Assembly (NCBI GenBank): GCA_964490975.1 | Contig: CAZBEQ010000015.1 | Span: 1,995-65,994, forward strand | Direction: 5' to 3' | Length of the DNA stretch: 64,000 nucleotides | Source: an uncultured Oscillospiraceae bacterium | GTDB taxonomy: Bacteria > Bacillota > Clostridia > Acetivibrionales > DTU013 | Shown here: positions 35,992-45,500 of the stretch, piece after piece | Numbering within the stretch: the stretch's first letter is position 1 | Layout of the letters: each line of letters opens with the position of its first letter | Notes under the pieces: model-generated | The model's input: only the letters and a program-made list of their open reading frames with translations | Told to the model about the DNA's origin: nothing | The model's database searches: none | Program-made: the position numbers and the translations under genes

Positions 35992-38421
35992 TTACATCTG
36001 GTGCTCCTGGCCCTGCTCCGATAATGCCGTATTCTCCTCTGCAATGAGCACAGGTTCCTGAGCTTTTTCTTTGTTCTCAAGCATTATCTCTCCTATTAAG
36101 GCATTGCTCAAAACTGTATCCATATCTTCAGCCAATATGAACTTTAGCTGTGCCCTTACATTTTCAGGTATATCATCGATATCCTTCCTGTTTTCAACGG
36201 GCACTATAATCGTATCTATTCCGGCCCTATGCGCAGCCAGCACCTTCTCCTTGAGTCCTCCTATAGGCAGTACACGGCCTCTGAGTGTTATTTCTCCGGT
36301 CATAGCCACATTTCTTCTCACTGCCCTGCCTGTAAGCGCGGATACCATGGCAGTAGCCAGTGTGATCCCTGCTGATGGACCATCCTTGGGTATGGCTCCC
36401 TCCGGCACATGGATATGGATATCATATTTGCTGTGAAACTCCTTGTCTATCCCCAACAGCTCTGCCTTTGAACGTATAAAGCTAATGGCCGCTTTTGCGG
36501 ACTCCTTCATAACATCACCCAGCTGTCCTGTGAGTTCCAGTTTACCGTTTCCATTCATCAGTGTGACTTCAATGACGAGCGTATCGCCACCCACCGGCGT
36601 CCATGCAAGCCCTGTAGCAAGGCCTACCTCATCCTTCTCATTAGCCTTGTCATACCTGTATTTCTTTGTACCCAGGTATTTCTCAATATTTGCGGGCGTC
36701 ATCGTAACAGATTTGCTTCCGCTTGCAACCAGCGTTCTGGCAGCCTTCCTGCAAACATTGGCTATTTCTCTCTCCAGGTTTCTTACACCGGCTTCTCTTG
36801 TATAATAGTTAATAACGTTCCTGAGAGTACCTTCGTCTATCCTGAGGTTCTTCTTCTGCAAGCCATGGGCCTTCATCTGCTTACCAAGCAGGTATTTCTG
36901 CGCAATGTGCACCTTTTCCTCTTCAGTATAGCCTGATATCGTTATAACTTCCATCCTGTCAAGCAAAGGCCTTGGTATAGTGTCAAGAGTGTTTGCTGTT
37001 GTCAGGAATAGCACATCCGATAAATCTACCGGCAATTCAAGGTAATGATCCCTAAAAGCAAAGTTCTGCTCACCGTCAAGAACTTCCAGCATAGCCGATG
37101 CCGGATCCCCTCTGAAATCACTGTTCATCTTGTCGATCTCATCGAGCAGTATCAGAGGATTACCAGATCCAGCCTGTTTGAGAGCATTTATTATACGGCC
37201 TGGCATTGCTCCGACATAGGTGCGTCTATGCCCTCTTATCTCAGCTTCATCCCTGACTCCGCCAAGAGACATTCTGACGTAATTTCTGTTCAGCGCCCTG
37301 GCGATAGATTTTGCAATTGATGTCTTACCTACACCAGGAGGTCCTACGAGGCAAAGAATCGGCCCCTTCAGATTGCTAGTGAGCTTCAGCACTGCAAGAT
37401 ACTCCAGTATCCTTTCCTTGACCTTCGCAAGTCCATAGTGATCTTCTTCAAGTATTTCCTCAGCCTTTTTAAGATCGATTAATTCTTCGGTCTTCTTGTT
37501 CCAGGGCAGATCAAGAATCCAATCAAGATATGTCCTGATTACTGATCCTTCAGCTGAACCGGAAGGCATCTTCAGCAGCCTGTCCAGCTCTTTGAGTGCC
37601 TTTATCTCTGCTTCCTCGGGAAGCTTCGCTGTTTCTATCTTCTTCTTGTATTCGTCTACTTCACCTACGACTCCGTCTTTATCACCAAGCTCTGTCTGTA
37701 TGGCTTTGATCTGTTCCCTGAGGTAGTATTCGCGTTGCATTTTGTCCATTTGCTTGCGTACGCGGACACTTATATTCTTTTCCACCTCAAGTATCTCTAT
37801 CTCACTCATGAGTATTTCCAGGAGCTTTTCAATCCTTTTTCCCGGATTGAACTCGTCTAATATTTCTTGTTTTTGATTTATCTTGAGCTGCATATTTGAC
37901 GCTATAATATCAGATAACTGCCCGATTTCTTCTATAGAAGCCATAGATGTAACAGTTTCAGGAGAAATCTTACCATTTAGCTTTGCATAATCGTCAAAAG
38001 TGCTCAAAACTTTGCGCTTTAGCGCTTCATACTCAATGCTGCGTTCTTTGTTCTCCGGTATTATCTTTTCTGTAACCTCTGCAATAAAATAAGGCTCAGT
38101 CTGTGTATAGCCCTTAACTTCAGCCCTGCTAACGCCTTCCACAAGCACCCTGATTGTATTTCCGGGCAGCTTAAGGAGCTGCTTTACCCTCGATATGGTA
38201 CCAACGCTGTATATATCATCTACACCAGGAGAGTCTTCCTTTGCATCCTTCTGGGCAACAAGGAAAATCATCTGATTATTGATCATAGCCTCATCCAGCG
38301 CCTTTACAGATTTCTCCCGCCCTACGTCAAAAGTCAGGATCATATAAGGAAACACTGTCAGCCCTCTCAGCGGCAGCAACGGGAGAGTTCTCTTTTTCAA
38401 TACCTTTCTGGATTCTGCCAT
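35992..38421 (-). CDS. lon: ATP-dependent Lon protease (LonA)
   Basis: LON N-domain, Walker [10 protein letters not shown], and the protease motif [14 protein letters not shown] with the catalytic Ser. Confidence 0.95.
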   Translation of the reverse strand: MAESRKVLKKRTLPLLPLRGLTVFPYMILTFDVGREKSVKALDEAMINNQMIFLVAQKDAKEDSPGVDDIYSVGTISRVKQLLKLPGNTIRVLVEGVSRAEVKGYTQTEPYFIAEVTEKIIPENKERSIEYEALKRKVLSTFDDYAKLNGKISPETVTSMASIEEIGQLSDIIASNMQLKINQKQEILDEFNPGKRIEKLLEILMSEIEILEVEKNISVRVRKQMDKMQREYYLREQIKAIQTELGDKDGVVGEVDEYKKKIETAKLPEEAEIKALKELDRLLKMPSGSAEGSVIRTYLDWILDLPWNKKTEELIDLKKAEEILEEDHYGLAKVKERILEYLAVLKLTSNLKGPILCLVGPPGVGKTSIAKSIARALNRNYVRMSLGGVRDEAEIRGHRRTYVGAMPGRIINALKQAGSGNPLILLDEIDKMNSDFRGDPASAMLEVLDGEQNFAFRDHYLELPVDLSDVLFLTTANTLDTIPRPLLDRMEVITISGYTEEEKVHIAQKYLLGKQMKAHGLQKKNLRIDEGTLRNVINYYTREAGVRNLEREIANVCRKAARTLVASGSKSVTMTPANIEKYLGTKKYRYDKANEKDEVGLATGLAWTPVGGDTLVIEVTLMNGNGKLELTGQLGDVMKESAKAAISFIRSKAELLGIDKEFHSKYDIHIHVPEGAIPKDGPSAGITLATAMVSALTGRAVRRNVAMTGEITLRGRVLPIGGLKEKVLAAHRAGIDTIIVPVENRKDIDDIPENVRAQLKFILAEDMDTVLSNALIGEIMLENKEKAQEPVLIAEENTALSEQGQEHQM

Positions 38422-38455
38422 TTGACCATCCCCTTACTTTTCTAAGTGTTTTTTT

Positions 38456-38484
38456 ATTATATCCTGTAGATAATGCTTTTTCAA
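38456..38484 (-). promoter_or_regulatory. sigma-A promoter of lon
   Basis: Minus strand: TTGAAA (38484-38479), 17-nt spacer, TATAAT (38461-38456). Confidence 0.65.
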
Positions 38485-38499
38485 TTGTTTTATTTGGCA

Positions 38500-38558
38500 T
38501 AAGGGGACATTCCTGACATTCCCGCTCCGGAGTCTCCTGCTGAAGGAGTGTCCCCTTA
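38500..38558. repeat. single copy of the AAGGGGACA...TGTCCCCTT palindromic element
   Basis: TAAGGGGACA (38500-38509) pairs with TGTCCCCTTA (38549-38558). Its ends match the units of the 8889-9074 array (AAGGGGACATTCYT ... GAAG.GTGTCCCCTTAC). Confidence 0.8.
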
Positions 38559-38570
38559 CGCCTATTCCCC

Positions 38571-39980
38571 TTATTTTAGCAGACCGTCGTAATATGTCTG
38601 GGCTCTGGCAAGCGTGTCAGTGTCCGGCACTACTTCTCCGTAACGTACCTGTTCATATATCTCAGTGAAGGGAGATAAGCTATCCTGCACTTCTACATTT
38701 TCCGAAGCCTTTACTACTATTTCCCGTACTGTATCGGTGTTTTCGGGTTTTATGCCACGCATTGGCAGCATTCCAAGGATATTACCGTACATATGCCTTA
38801 CTTTTTCTACCGGATCAGTTATCTGGTTCAGGCTTTTAGCCTTACATTTCTTCTTTTTTGCTCTTTTGGGCAAATCTCGCACATCAGGCAGAACTATCTC
38901 AGTCAAATCCACAAAATCAGACTCAGCATATGCTTCAGTACTGTTGTTAATTCCAAACATTTTTTTAACTATTCCAATAATTTTGGCAATAAACGAGGGT
39001 ATCCTTACAACAATAGCAAATATCAGCTTGTAAGCAAGATAAAGTATTACAAAATATTTCAGCACATTTGTTATCAGATTAAGGAATGGGAGCGGCCGAC
39101 TGCCGTAGCCATAGATTATGCTGCCTTGCGTCACAGAACCGCCGGTTGCCGTCTCCGTCAAAAGATTTTCAATAACCCACAGAAAAGCGCGAAAGACTAA
39201 ATCAATAATCTGCCTTGCTAAATTAAGAATATAGACAACTATTGTTTTCAGATTAAACAAAAGCAGCGTTATTACAAATACAAAGCATACCATCGTCAGA
39301 TTGAACCGTCTGAGGTTCTTTGGCAGTACGGATTTATCTATATGCTTTTTACTGAATATCTGATTTTCAATATCCTCTTGATTCTTAATAACAAGGAATG
39401 CAAATATAATGAAGTATGCAGCTATGAAGTACAGCGGGCGAAGATATGCCAGGCGATTGACAAGGTAAGGAAGCTCAAGGCATATTACCATGATAGACAT
39501 ACCTGCGAAAATGCTGGTACTGTTCATGATCCTAGCCGGCGAGAGCCTCGACTGCTTAAGAGGCACAATATAGGCAGTGGCCATCGGGATCAGTTCAAAT
39601 ATAACCCTCTCAATGCTAAACCTTCCATAAACGATTACTGTCACGGCTGCAGGGACGACGATCAGTCCCCATACAGCTAAAGAAGAGATAAACCTTTCAC
39701 TCTCCCGTATATTCAGCATGAAAGTTACAAATCTGACAAATTTAGTCGCTCCCATACGTTTTAGAAGGAGAATGTCCCTCGATATCAAAAAGCTTCCCAG
39801 TGCATGCGCAAAGCAGACGAATACTGCGTATAGTACAGCCGAGGCTGCGCCTCCATCGTCGTGGAATATAAAAGCACGCAGCATTATAATGCCTGCATAT
39901 ATAAACACATTTACTGCAAGTACTGACAAAATGCGCAGCATTATGTTCTCGATATTACTTTTTCCATTCTCAGTAGTCAT
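38571..39980 (-). CDS. multi-pass membrane protein with a DUF4129-like C-terminal domain
   Basis: About 9-10 TM segments. The C-terminal soluble tail (VEKVRHMYGNILGML...FTEIYEQVRYGEVVP) resembles the DUF4129 tail of TgpA-type proteins. No transglutaminase Cys-His-Asp core was recognised. Confidence 0.6.
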   Translation of the reverse strand: MTTENGKSNIENIMLRILSVLAVNVFIYAGIIMLRAFIFHDDGGAASAVLYAVFVCFAHALGSFLISRDILLLKRMGATKFVRFVTFMLNIRESERFISSLAVWGLIVVPAAVTVIVYGRFSIERVIFELIPMATAYIVPLKQSRLSPARIMNSTSIFAGMSIMVICLELPYLVNRLAYLRPLYFIAAYFIIFAFLVIKNQEDIENQIFSKKHIDKSVLPKNLRRFNLTMVCFVFVITLLLFNLKTIVVYILNLARQIIDLVFRAFLWVIENLLTETATGGSVTQGSIIYGYGSRPLPFLNLITNVLKYFVILYLAYKLIFAIVVRIPSFIAKIIGIVKKMFGINNSTEAYAESDFVDLTEIVLPDVRDLPKRAKKKKCKAKSLNQITDPVEKVRHMYGNILGMLPMRGIKPENTDTVREIVVKASENVEVQDSLSPFTEIYEQVRYGEVVPDTDTLARAQTYYDGLLK

Positions 39981-40008
39981 ATCCCCGCCCTCCCGGACCT
40001 CATGGGGT

Positions 40009-41157
40009 CTATACCCATTCTTCAGCCTTCAGCCAGTTGCCATCAGAGAGCATATATAGTTCTGCTGTTTCAGGCTTTGCTCCGTTCTCATATTCAGTAT
40101 CCAACAGGATGATGCACACGCTATTCCCCTCATCAGCCATACGGTCTGCCTGTGTGCACAAATCCTTGCTTAGATAAGCTGTTATGATAATTGTTTCAGA
40201 GTTTACTACATTCGGTGACATATCCTCAAGAAGGCTTTCAAAGTTCTTTATACTTTTCATCATAAGTCCCGCCAGTATTTTGAAAAGCTCCGTGATATGA
40301 TCCTTATCCGCAGCTTCACTTGTAATTATTGGCTGTTTCGCATCCTCGGAGGTACAGCCATTTGTGGCGAATACTACAGGTGTTCCCTCCCTCAGCGCTT
40401 TGTCGAAAAGCGTTGCAGCAACCTTTATGCCAAGCTCGGCGATACGTCTGTTTATTACATTTGTGAATTCATAGAGCTTTGATTGCATATTTAGTATGAC
40501 AGTTAGATTTTGCTGGGAAGTGAATTCATTTTTTCTTGCCATCAGCTTTCCGGTTCTTGCTGTAGCAGGCCAGTGGATCCGGTTCAGGGGATCGTTGAGC
40601 GTATGCTCCCGAATACCGGAAAACATAAATGGATCATCTATTATCCACCTGCTTACTACTTTATCGCTCTGAAGCAGATTTACAGGTACGAATAATTCAT
40701 CCAGATCTACTATTTCAGGGTAAACCATAAGTGTGATATTTACAGGCAATGCCTCTGAATTGTTACATAGATTAAGGAGATCGCCTCCGATCAGTGTAAC
40801 ATTTTCAGTATGAAAAACCCCTCTTTTGATACACTTCAGTTTCCATTTCCTTGTTGTCTTCTGATAGCTTTTCAATAGAAAGCTGCTCGTCACACGCCTG
40901 TCATCCTGGGCCAACACCGAACACATACCTGCAAAGTCCAGCCATCTGGAAGTATGTATATCTACCTTGAGCCAAGACACAGGCAACAATTTACCGTTAT
41001 AGACCGTCTCAACCAGATAGATCGTGTCACCCTCATGTGCTTCGGAGACACTGAATTTGCAGCTATAATCCAGCTTACTGAACGTATAGTTGCCAAATAT
41101 ATATGCCTGTAGCCATAGTACACCAACAAAGATCAGCAACAATGCGATGACATCCAT
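40009..41157 (-). CDS. DUF58 domain-containing protein
   Basis: N-terminal TM and the DUF58 hallmark FSGIREHTLNDPLNRIHWPATARTGKLMARKNEFTSQ. Confidence 0.8.
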   Translation of the reverse strand: MDVIALLLIFVGVLWLQAYIFGNYTFSKLDYSCKFSVSEAHEGDTIYLVETVYNGKLLPVSWLKVDIHTSRWLDFAGMCSVLAQDDRRVTSSFLLKSYQKTTRKWKLKCIKRGVFHTENVTLIGGDLLNLCNNSEALPVNITLMVYPEIVDLDELFVPVNLLQSDKVVSRWIIDDPFMFSGIREHTLNDPLNRIHWPATARTGKLMARKNEFTSQQNLTVILNMQSKLYEFTNVINRRIAELGIKVAATLFDKALREGTPVVFATNGCTSEDAKQPIITSEAADKDHITELFKILAGLMMKSIKNFESLLEDMSPNVVNSETIIITAYLSKDLCTQADRMADEGNSVCIILLDTEYENGAKPETAELYMLSDGNWLKAEEWV

Positions 41158-41166
41158 TTCAGCACC

Positions 41167-42144
41167 TCAAATCTCTTCAGTGGGTACACGGACTGTTCCT
41201 AAAATATCGCGGATAGTATTTTCAGCATTTTCCGAGCCTCCGGTAATCGCATGTCCTTTTATTATCAGACGATGAGCAAGTACGGGCACTGCCATTTCTT
41301 TGACGTCATCCGGAGTGATAAAATCACGTCCGTTCAATACTGCATTTACCTGGGCTGCCTTCATCAGCGCTATGCTGCCTCGCGGACTGACACCCAGAGA
41401 TATTCTATTGTCATGCCTTGTTGCTTCAATTATGTCTACGATATACTGCTGTGAAGCATCCGATGTCCTCACTGAAGTAACTGCATCCTGTGCATCAATA
41501 ACTTCTTCCTTTGAAGCTGCCGTCTTCAATGTCTCAAGAGGATCGGAGTCCCTAAAGCGTTTTAAAATTTCCATACCTTCATGAGGATCGGGATAGCCCA
41601 TCCTCAGGCGCATAAAAAATCTGTCAAGCTGTGCTTCAGGCAGCGGGAAAGTACCACGCGTCTCAACGGGATTCTGTGTGGCTATAACAAAGAAAGGCCT
41701 GTGAAGAAGCCTGGTTTCTCCATCCACAGTGACCTGCTTTTCCTCCATGCATTCCAAAAGGCTGGACTGAGTTCGCGGTGTTGCTCTGTTGATTTCATCA
41801 GCAAGAATTATATTAGTAAAAACCGGGCCTGACCTGAAGATGAATTCTCCGTTTTTCTGATCGAAGTAGTTGATCCCTGTTAAATCCGACGGCAATAGGT
41901 CTGGAGTGAACTGTATCCTTTTAAAGTCACATTTCAAAGACCTGGCCAGGCATTTTGCCAGCATCGTCTTGCCGACACCGGGAACATCCTCCAGCAGGAC
42001 ATGGCCTCCGCACAGAAGCGAAGTTAGTACCAGATCGATAGTTTCCTCCCTGCCGACCAAAACCCTGGATATATTATCCCTGATCAAACCGGCAAGCTTT
42101 TTTACATCAGACAGTTTCATAATATCCCCCTTGTTCAAATCCAT
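41167..42144 (-). CDS. MoxR family AAA+ ATPase
   Basis: GHVLLEDVPGVGKT (Walker A), ILADEINRA (Walker B), and the MoxR-typical PEAQLDRF. An alternative start is at 42120. Confidence 0.92.
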   Translation of the reverse strand: MDLNKGDIMKLSDVKKLAGLIRDNISRVLVGREETIDLVLTSLLCGGHVLLEDVPGVGKTMLAKCLARSLKCDFKRIQFTPDLLPSDLTGINYFDQKNGEFIFRSGPVFTNIILADEINRATPRTQSSLLECMEEKQVTVDGETRLLHRPFFVIATQNPVETRGTFPLPEAQLDRFFMRLRMGYPDPHEGMEILKRFRDSDPLETLKTAASKEEVIDAQDAVTSVRTSDASQQYIVDIIEATRHDNRISLGVSPRGSIALMKAAQVNAVLNGRDFITPDDVKEMAVPVLAHRLIIKGHAITGGSENAENTIRDILGTVRVPTEEI

Positions 42145-42151
42145 CGCCTCG

Positions 42152-42349
42152 TTATTGAACCTGATCGACTGTTTCAGCGCTCAATTGTCTTTCATTCCAG
42201 ATCCGGAGTTTTTCATTGTCCTCCTTGAACTGTGGGATACTCAACAATATGGATATTATAAGTATGACAGCAATAACAATGAGCTCCCTTATTATCGACG
42301 GACTCATATTTTTGATCCTGACACCTGCACGTTTGAATGCCAAAAACAT
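42152..42349 (-). CDS. small single-TM protein at the head of the MoxR operon
   Basis: MFLAFKRAGVRIKNMSPSIIRELIVIAVILIISILLSIPQF... The RBS AAAGGGG lies 7 nt upstream of the ATG at 42349. The stop is 8 nt before the MoxR start. Confidence 0.5.
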   Translation of the reverse strand: MFLAFKRAGVRIKNMSPSIIRELIVIAVILIISILLSIPQFKEDNEKLRIWNERQLSAETVDQVQ

Positions 42350-42450
42350 GAAAAAACCCCTTTTTACTAGCTTCATAGATTCATACTACCATCCTGTACA
42401 TACCAAAACAAGTAGAGAATTTTAATCTATAAAGTAGATAAAAAGAAGCT

Positions 42451-42531
42451 TGGGGTGCCAGGCACGAAAGATAGACACTTATTTGATATATATTTATCAA
42501 TAAGTGTCTATCTTTCGTGCCTGGCACCCCA
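42451..42531. repeat. long near-perfect palindrome (~33-36-bp stem) directly after the giant gene
   Basis: TGGGGTGCCAGGCACGAAAGATAGACACTTATT(T)GATA ... TATCAATAAGTGTCTATCTTTCGTGCCTGGCACCCCA. The only asymmetry is a single extra T. Confidence 0.95.
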
Positions 42532-42540
42532 ATCACCCAA

Positions 42541-45500
42541 TTAATGAGCGCCGATGACTCCGTCTACTCTTGTGCCGCCGCCCTGATAGGTCGTGACCCT
42601 TTCAGCGCCGGAATTGCCCACGATGTAGGTCGGCGTACCGCCGCCGTATGCGCCGTATGCTGCGGACCGATCCTCTGCTGAGAAGTAGGTGGCACAGCCG
42701 CCTGTGAGCGCAGCGGAGCTTGTCGAAAGCTGAGTCACCCATGTACCGTCAGACAGCTGTGTGAGCACCGGTTTCCCATTGTCGTAGCTGTTGAAAACGC
42801 TCTGCTGCGGTACCTCTTTACAACCAGTCAAAGTAAACCAGACATCGTAGATTTGTCCTGTCACACAGTTTATCAGCGTTGTATTAGCGTCAGTAGTTTC
42901 CTTGTCAACATCACCGTAGGATACAGAATTATCTGCCAGAATAGAATTGCAGAAGGTGACATTACTGCTTGTACCAGCAAGCGAACCTCTGTTATTTCCC
43001 GCCACAGTGACATTTACTGCGGTTGTACTGCCGTATACCGTATATATGCCGACTAAGTTGTTGGCTATTGTAGTATTATTCAGTATAACCTGGCCGGAAT
43101 CGTTATTTATACCTTTTGCTCCGGAGCCTGTGACCGAACAGTTTTCCATTGTGAGTATACCGCCGTTCGAACAGTATATCCCATCACCACCGTTATCTTT
43201 GATGGAGCAGTTCACCATTGTCATTGGAGCCTCGCAGAAAATGCCGCGGCCGCTGCCGGTTATCGTGCAGTTCCTAAGCTCAGCTACCGAGCCCCCCTGT
43301 GCCCTCAATGCATACTCAGAGGCATTGCACAAGGTCACATTATCAAGACTGATTTCCCCTGCGGTGTTGTTTATGCCCTCTTTGCCTCCAAAATCAACTG
43401 TCAGATAACTGATTGCACATGATGTGGTGGAGGAAAGTTCAAAGATCGTATTACTGGGATTGCTGTTCTGGAAATACAGTGTCCGCCCGCCACCGTCGAT
43501 ATTGACACTGGAAGGAAAAACAAGCACTTCTGTAACAATGATATCTCCATCATCCTGCGAAGCAAGTGCTGCCATCAGTTCTTCATATGTAGCAACCGAC
43601 GCTGATTCATCCCATCCCGCATATAGGGTTACATCCGAGTCATATACCCAATAACAGGTATCATCCGGATTTGGTGTGAGATAGGCAGAATTCGCGCCTG
43701 TGTAGTTAAAGCTCCCGTCGGCATTGATGAGCTTGGTGCCTCCCTGAACATACCAGCCGGTAAATGAAAAGCCTGTCCGGCTTGGATTTGTGATCGGCGG
43801 TAAAGCTGTCCCTTCATATGCAATTGTGACGGAAGGCGTGCCGGCAGTCGTGGCATCCTCAGCAGACAGTGTAATGGTATATGATTTTCTTTCAAACCGG
43901 GGTTCCACAAATATATCCCGTGGCGGCATTTTGGCCGGTATTGCCGGTTCCCATCCGGTAAAGGTAAAGCCTGCTTTCGTAGGAGCCTCGGGTGGTGTGA
44001 TGTCTGCTCCGGTCTGGAGCTGCTGTGGATTCGGTGCTCCGCTGCCGTCCGTATAAGTGAATGTATAAGAGTTAATGTCGTAATATAGATCCGCCGAGGC
44101 CGTACCGTCTGCCAAAACAATCAACTGAGGTATTTGTACACTAAGACGATAGCCTGAGTAGTATTGGCGCGGTACATATAGCGACAATTCTGCAGTGTAA
44201 TAATATGTTCTGGTGTCATAAAGAGTATACTCGCTGGAACCCGGAGCCGTTTGGAGATGGTGGCGCACCGTATACATCGCATCATCATTAAGCCGCCACT
44301 TCGCATAAAGAGTGTGCGGTTCGGAAATCCTTACTATACTGTCCGGCAGTACCTTTATTCCGTTTGCCCAACCATTCTCATCCTCGGAAAAATACCAGCC
44401 TGCAAACGTAAACCCTGTCATCACAGGTGTTTGCAATTCGCCATATTCAGACATATATGTAACGGTATCTACGTAACCATTCGGCAGGCCGCCTCCGTTG
44501 GTATCATATGTAATAGTGCAGCTATTGGGCCTCCAGACAGCAGTAGTTGAAAGCTCGTGTGCGGGCATGGTCATATTCTCCGATATCCCCTGCCACTCAC
44601 TGATATGCCAGTTATCTCTGAAAATAACCGGAGCGGAAATACATGCCCCGTATTTAATCATGGTCGTTACTAAGTAATTGGCTACTTCACCGGGATCGTC
44701 CCCGCTTTCATAATTATCAAACAGATCGCTTTCCGGTGTAAATCGTGCGTCAAAGGTCACCTCATAACTGTTGCGTGTATAGTAATAGTTCACTGTCCTG
44801 GTGCCATCCGGTGCTATGGTAACCGTTTGGAGAGGCGGTGCAGTAAAGCCCTCATATGATTTCACCGCAGGAGTGACGGTTGAATCTGTTGTTCCGGTAA
44901 ACAGCTGTCTGTCGGCAAGAGTATATTTTGAATCATTCAACAGGTCCTGCTTATGATGGCAAACCGTATAGCGGGTATTTGTCAACGGTTCCCATTTCGC
45001 ATAAAGGTTGAGGTAATATGCCGGCATGGTCGAAAAAGTATACTGCTGTGTAAATCCTTCGTCGGTATACCATCCTGCAAAGGTATATCCGGTCCTTGAA
45101 ACAGTTGGTTCTTGTATAATATCTCCGTAATAAAGGTGGAGATCCCTAACATAACTGCCACCGTTTTCATTGAAAAAGACCATGTAGCCGCCGTCATTGA
45201 CATCATCCCACTGCAGGTGATAGGTCTTGGAAATCGGCATGGATGAAAACGCCATTGGTCCGTGCCTCCAGGTAATCGTCATATCGCATTTGAGCATATG
45301 ATCATCCTTAGCAGTTGTCACAACGACCCGGTTCCCGTTTAGTGAAAAAGCATCATTTGAGAAGCTAAAATCGAAGTCGGATAACGGATAAGCCTTCTCG
45401 GTATATTCTCCCTCCCTCAGGTCAATATACTTCATGGTGATAAAGTCATCCGGAATAAGAAACTGCTTGTCACCATATTTCAGACGTATATCAGGCGTAT

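Noticed and set aside
38422-38440. GGTCAAA overlapping the lon start, as a possible CtsR operator.
   Set aside because: Only a single heptad is present, whereas a CtsR site needs a tandem direct repeat. I also saw no CIRCE inverted repeat.
42853-44550. Several ORFs of 60-160 aa on both strands inside the giant gene (for example 42947-43408 plus strand, 43629-44120 minus strand).
   Set aside because: They are alternative-frame products of a GC-rich, repeat-rich long ORF. They have Pro/Arg/Ser-biased composition and no starts with an RBS.
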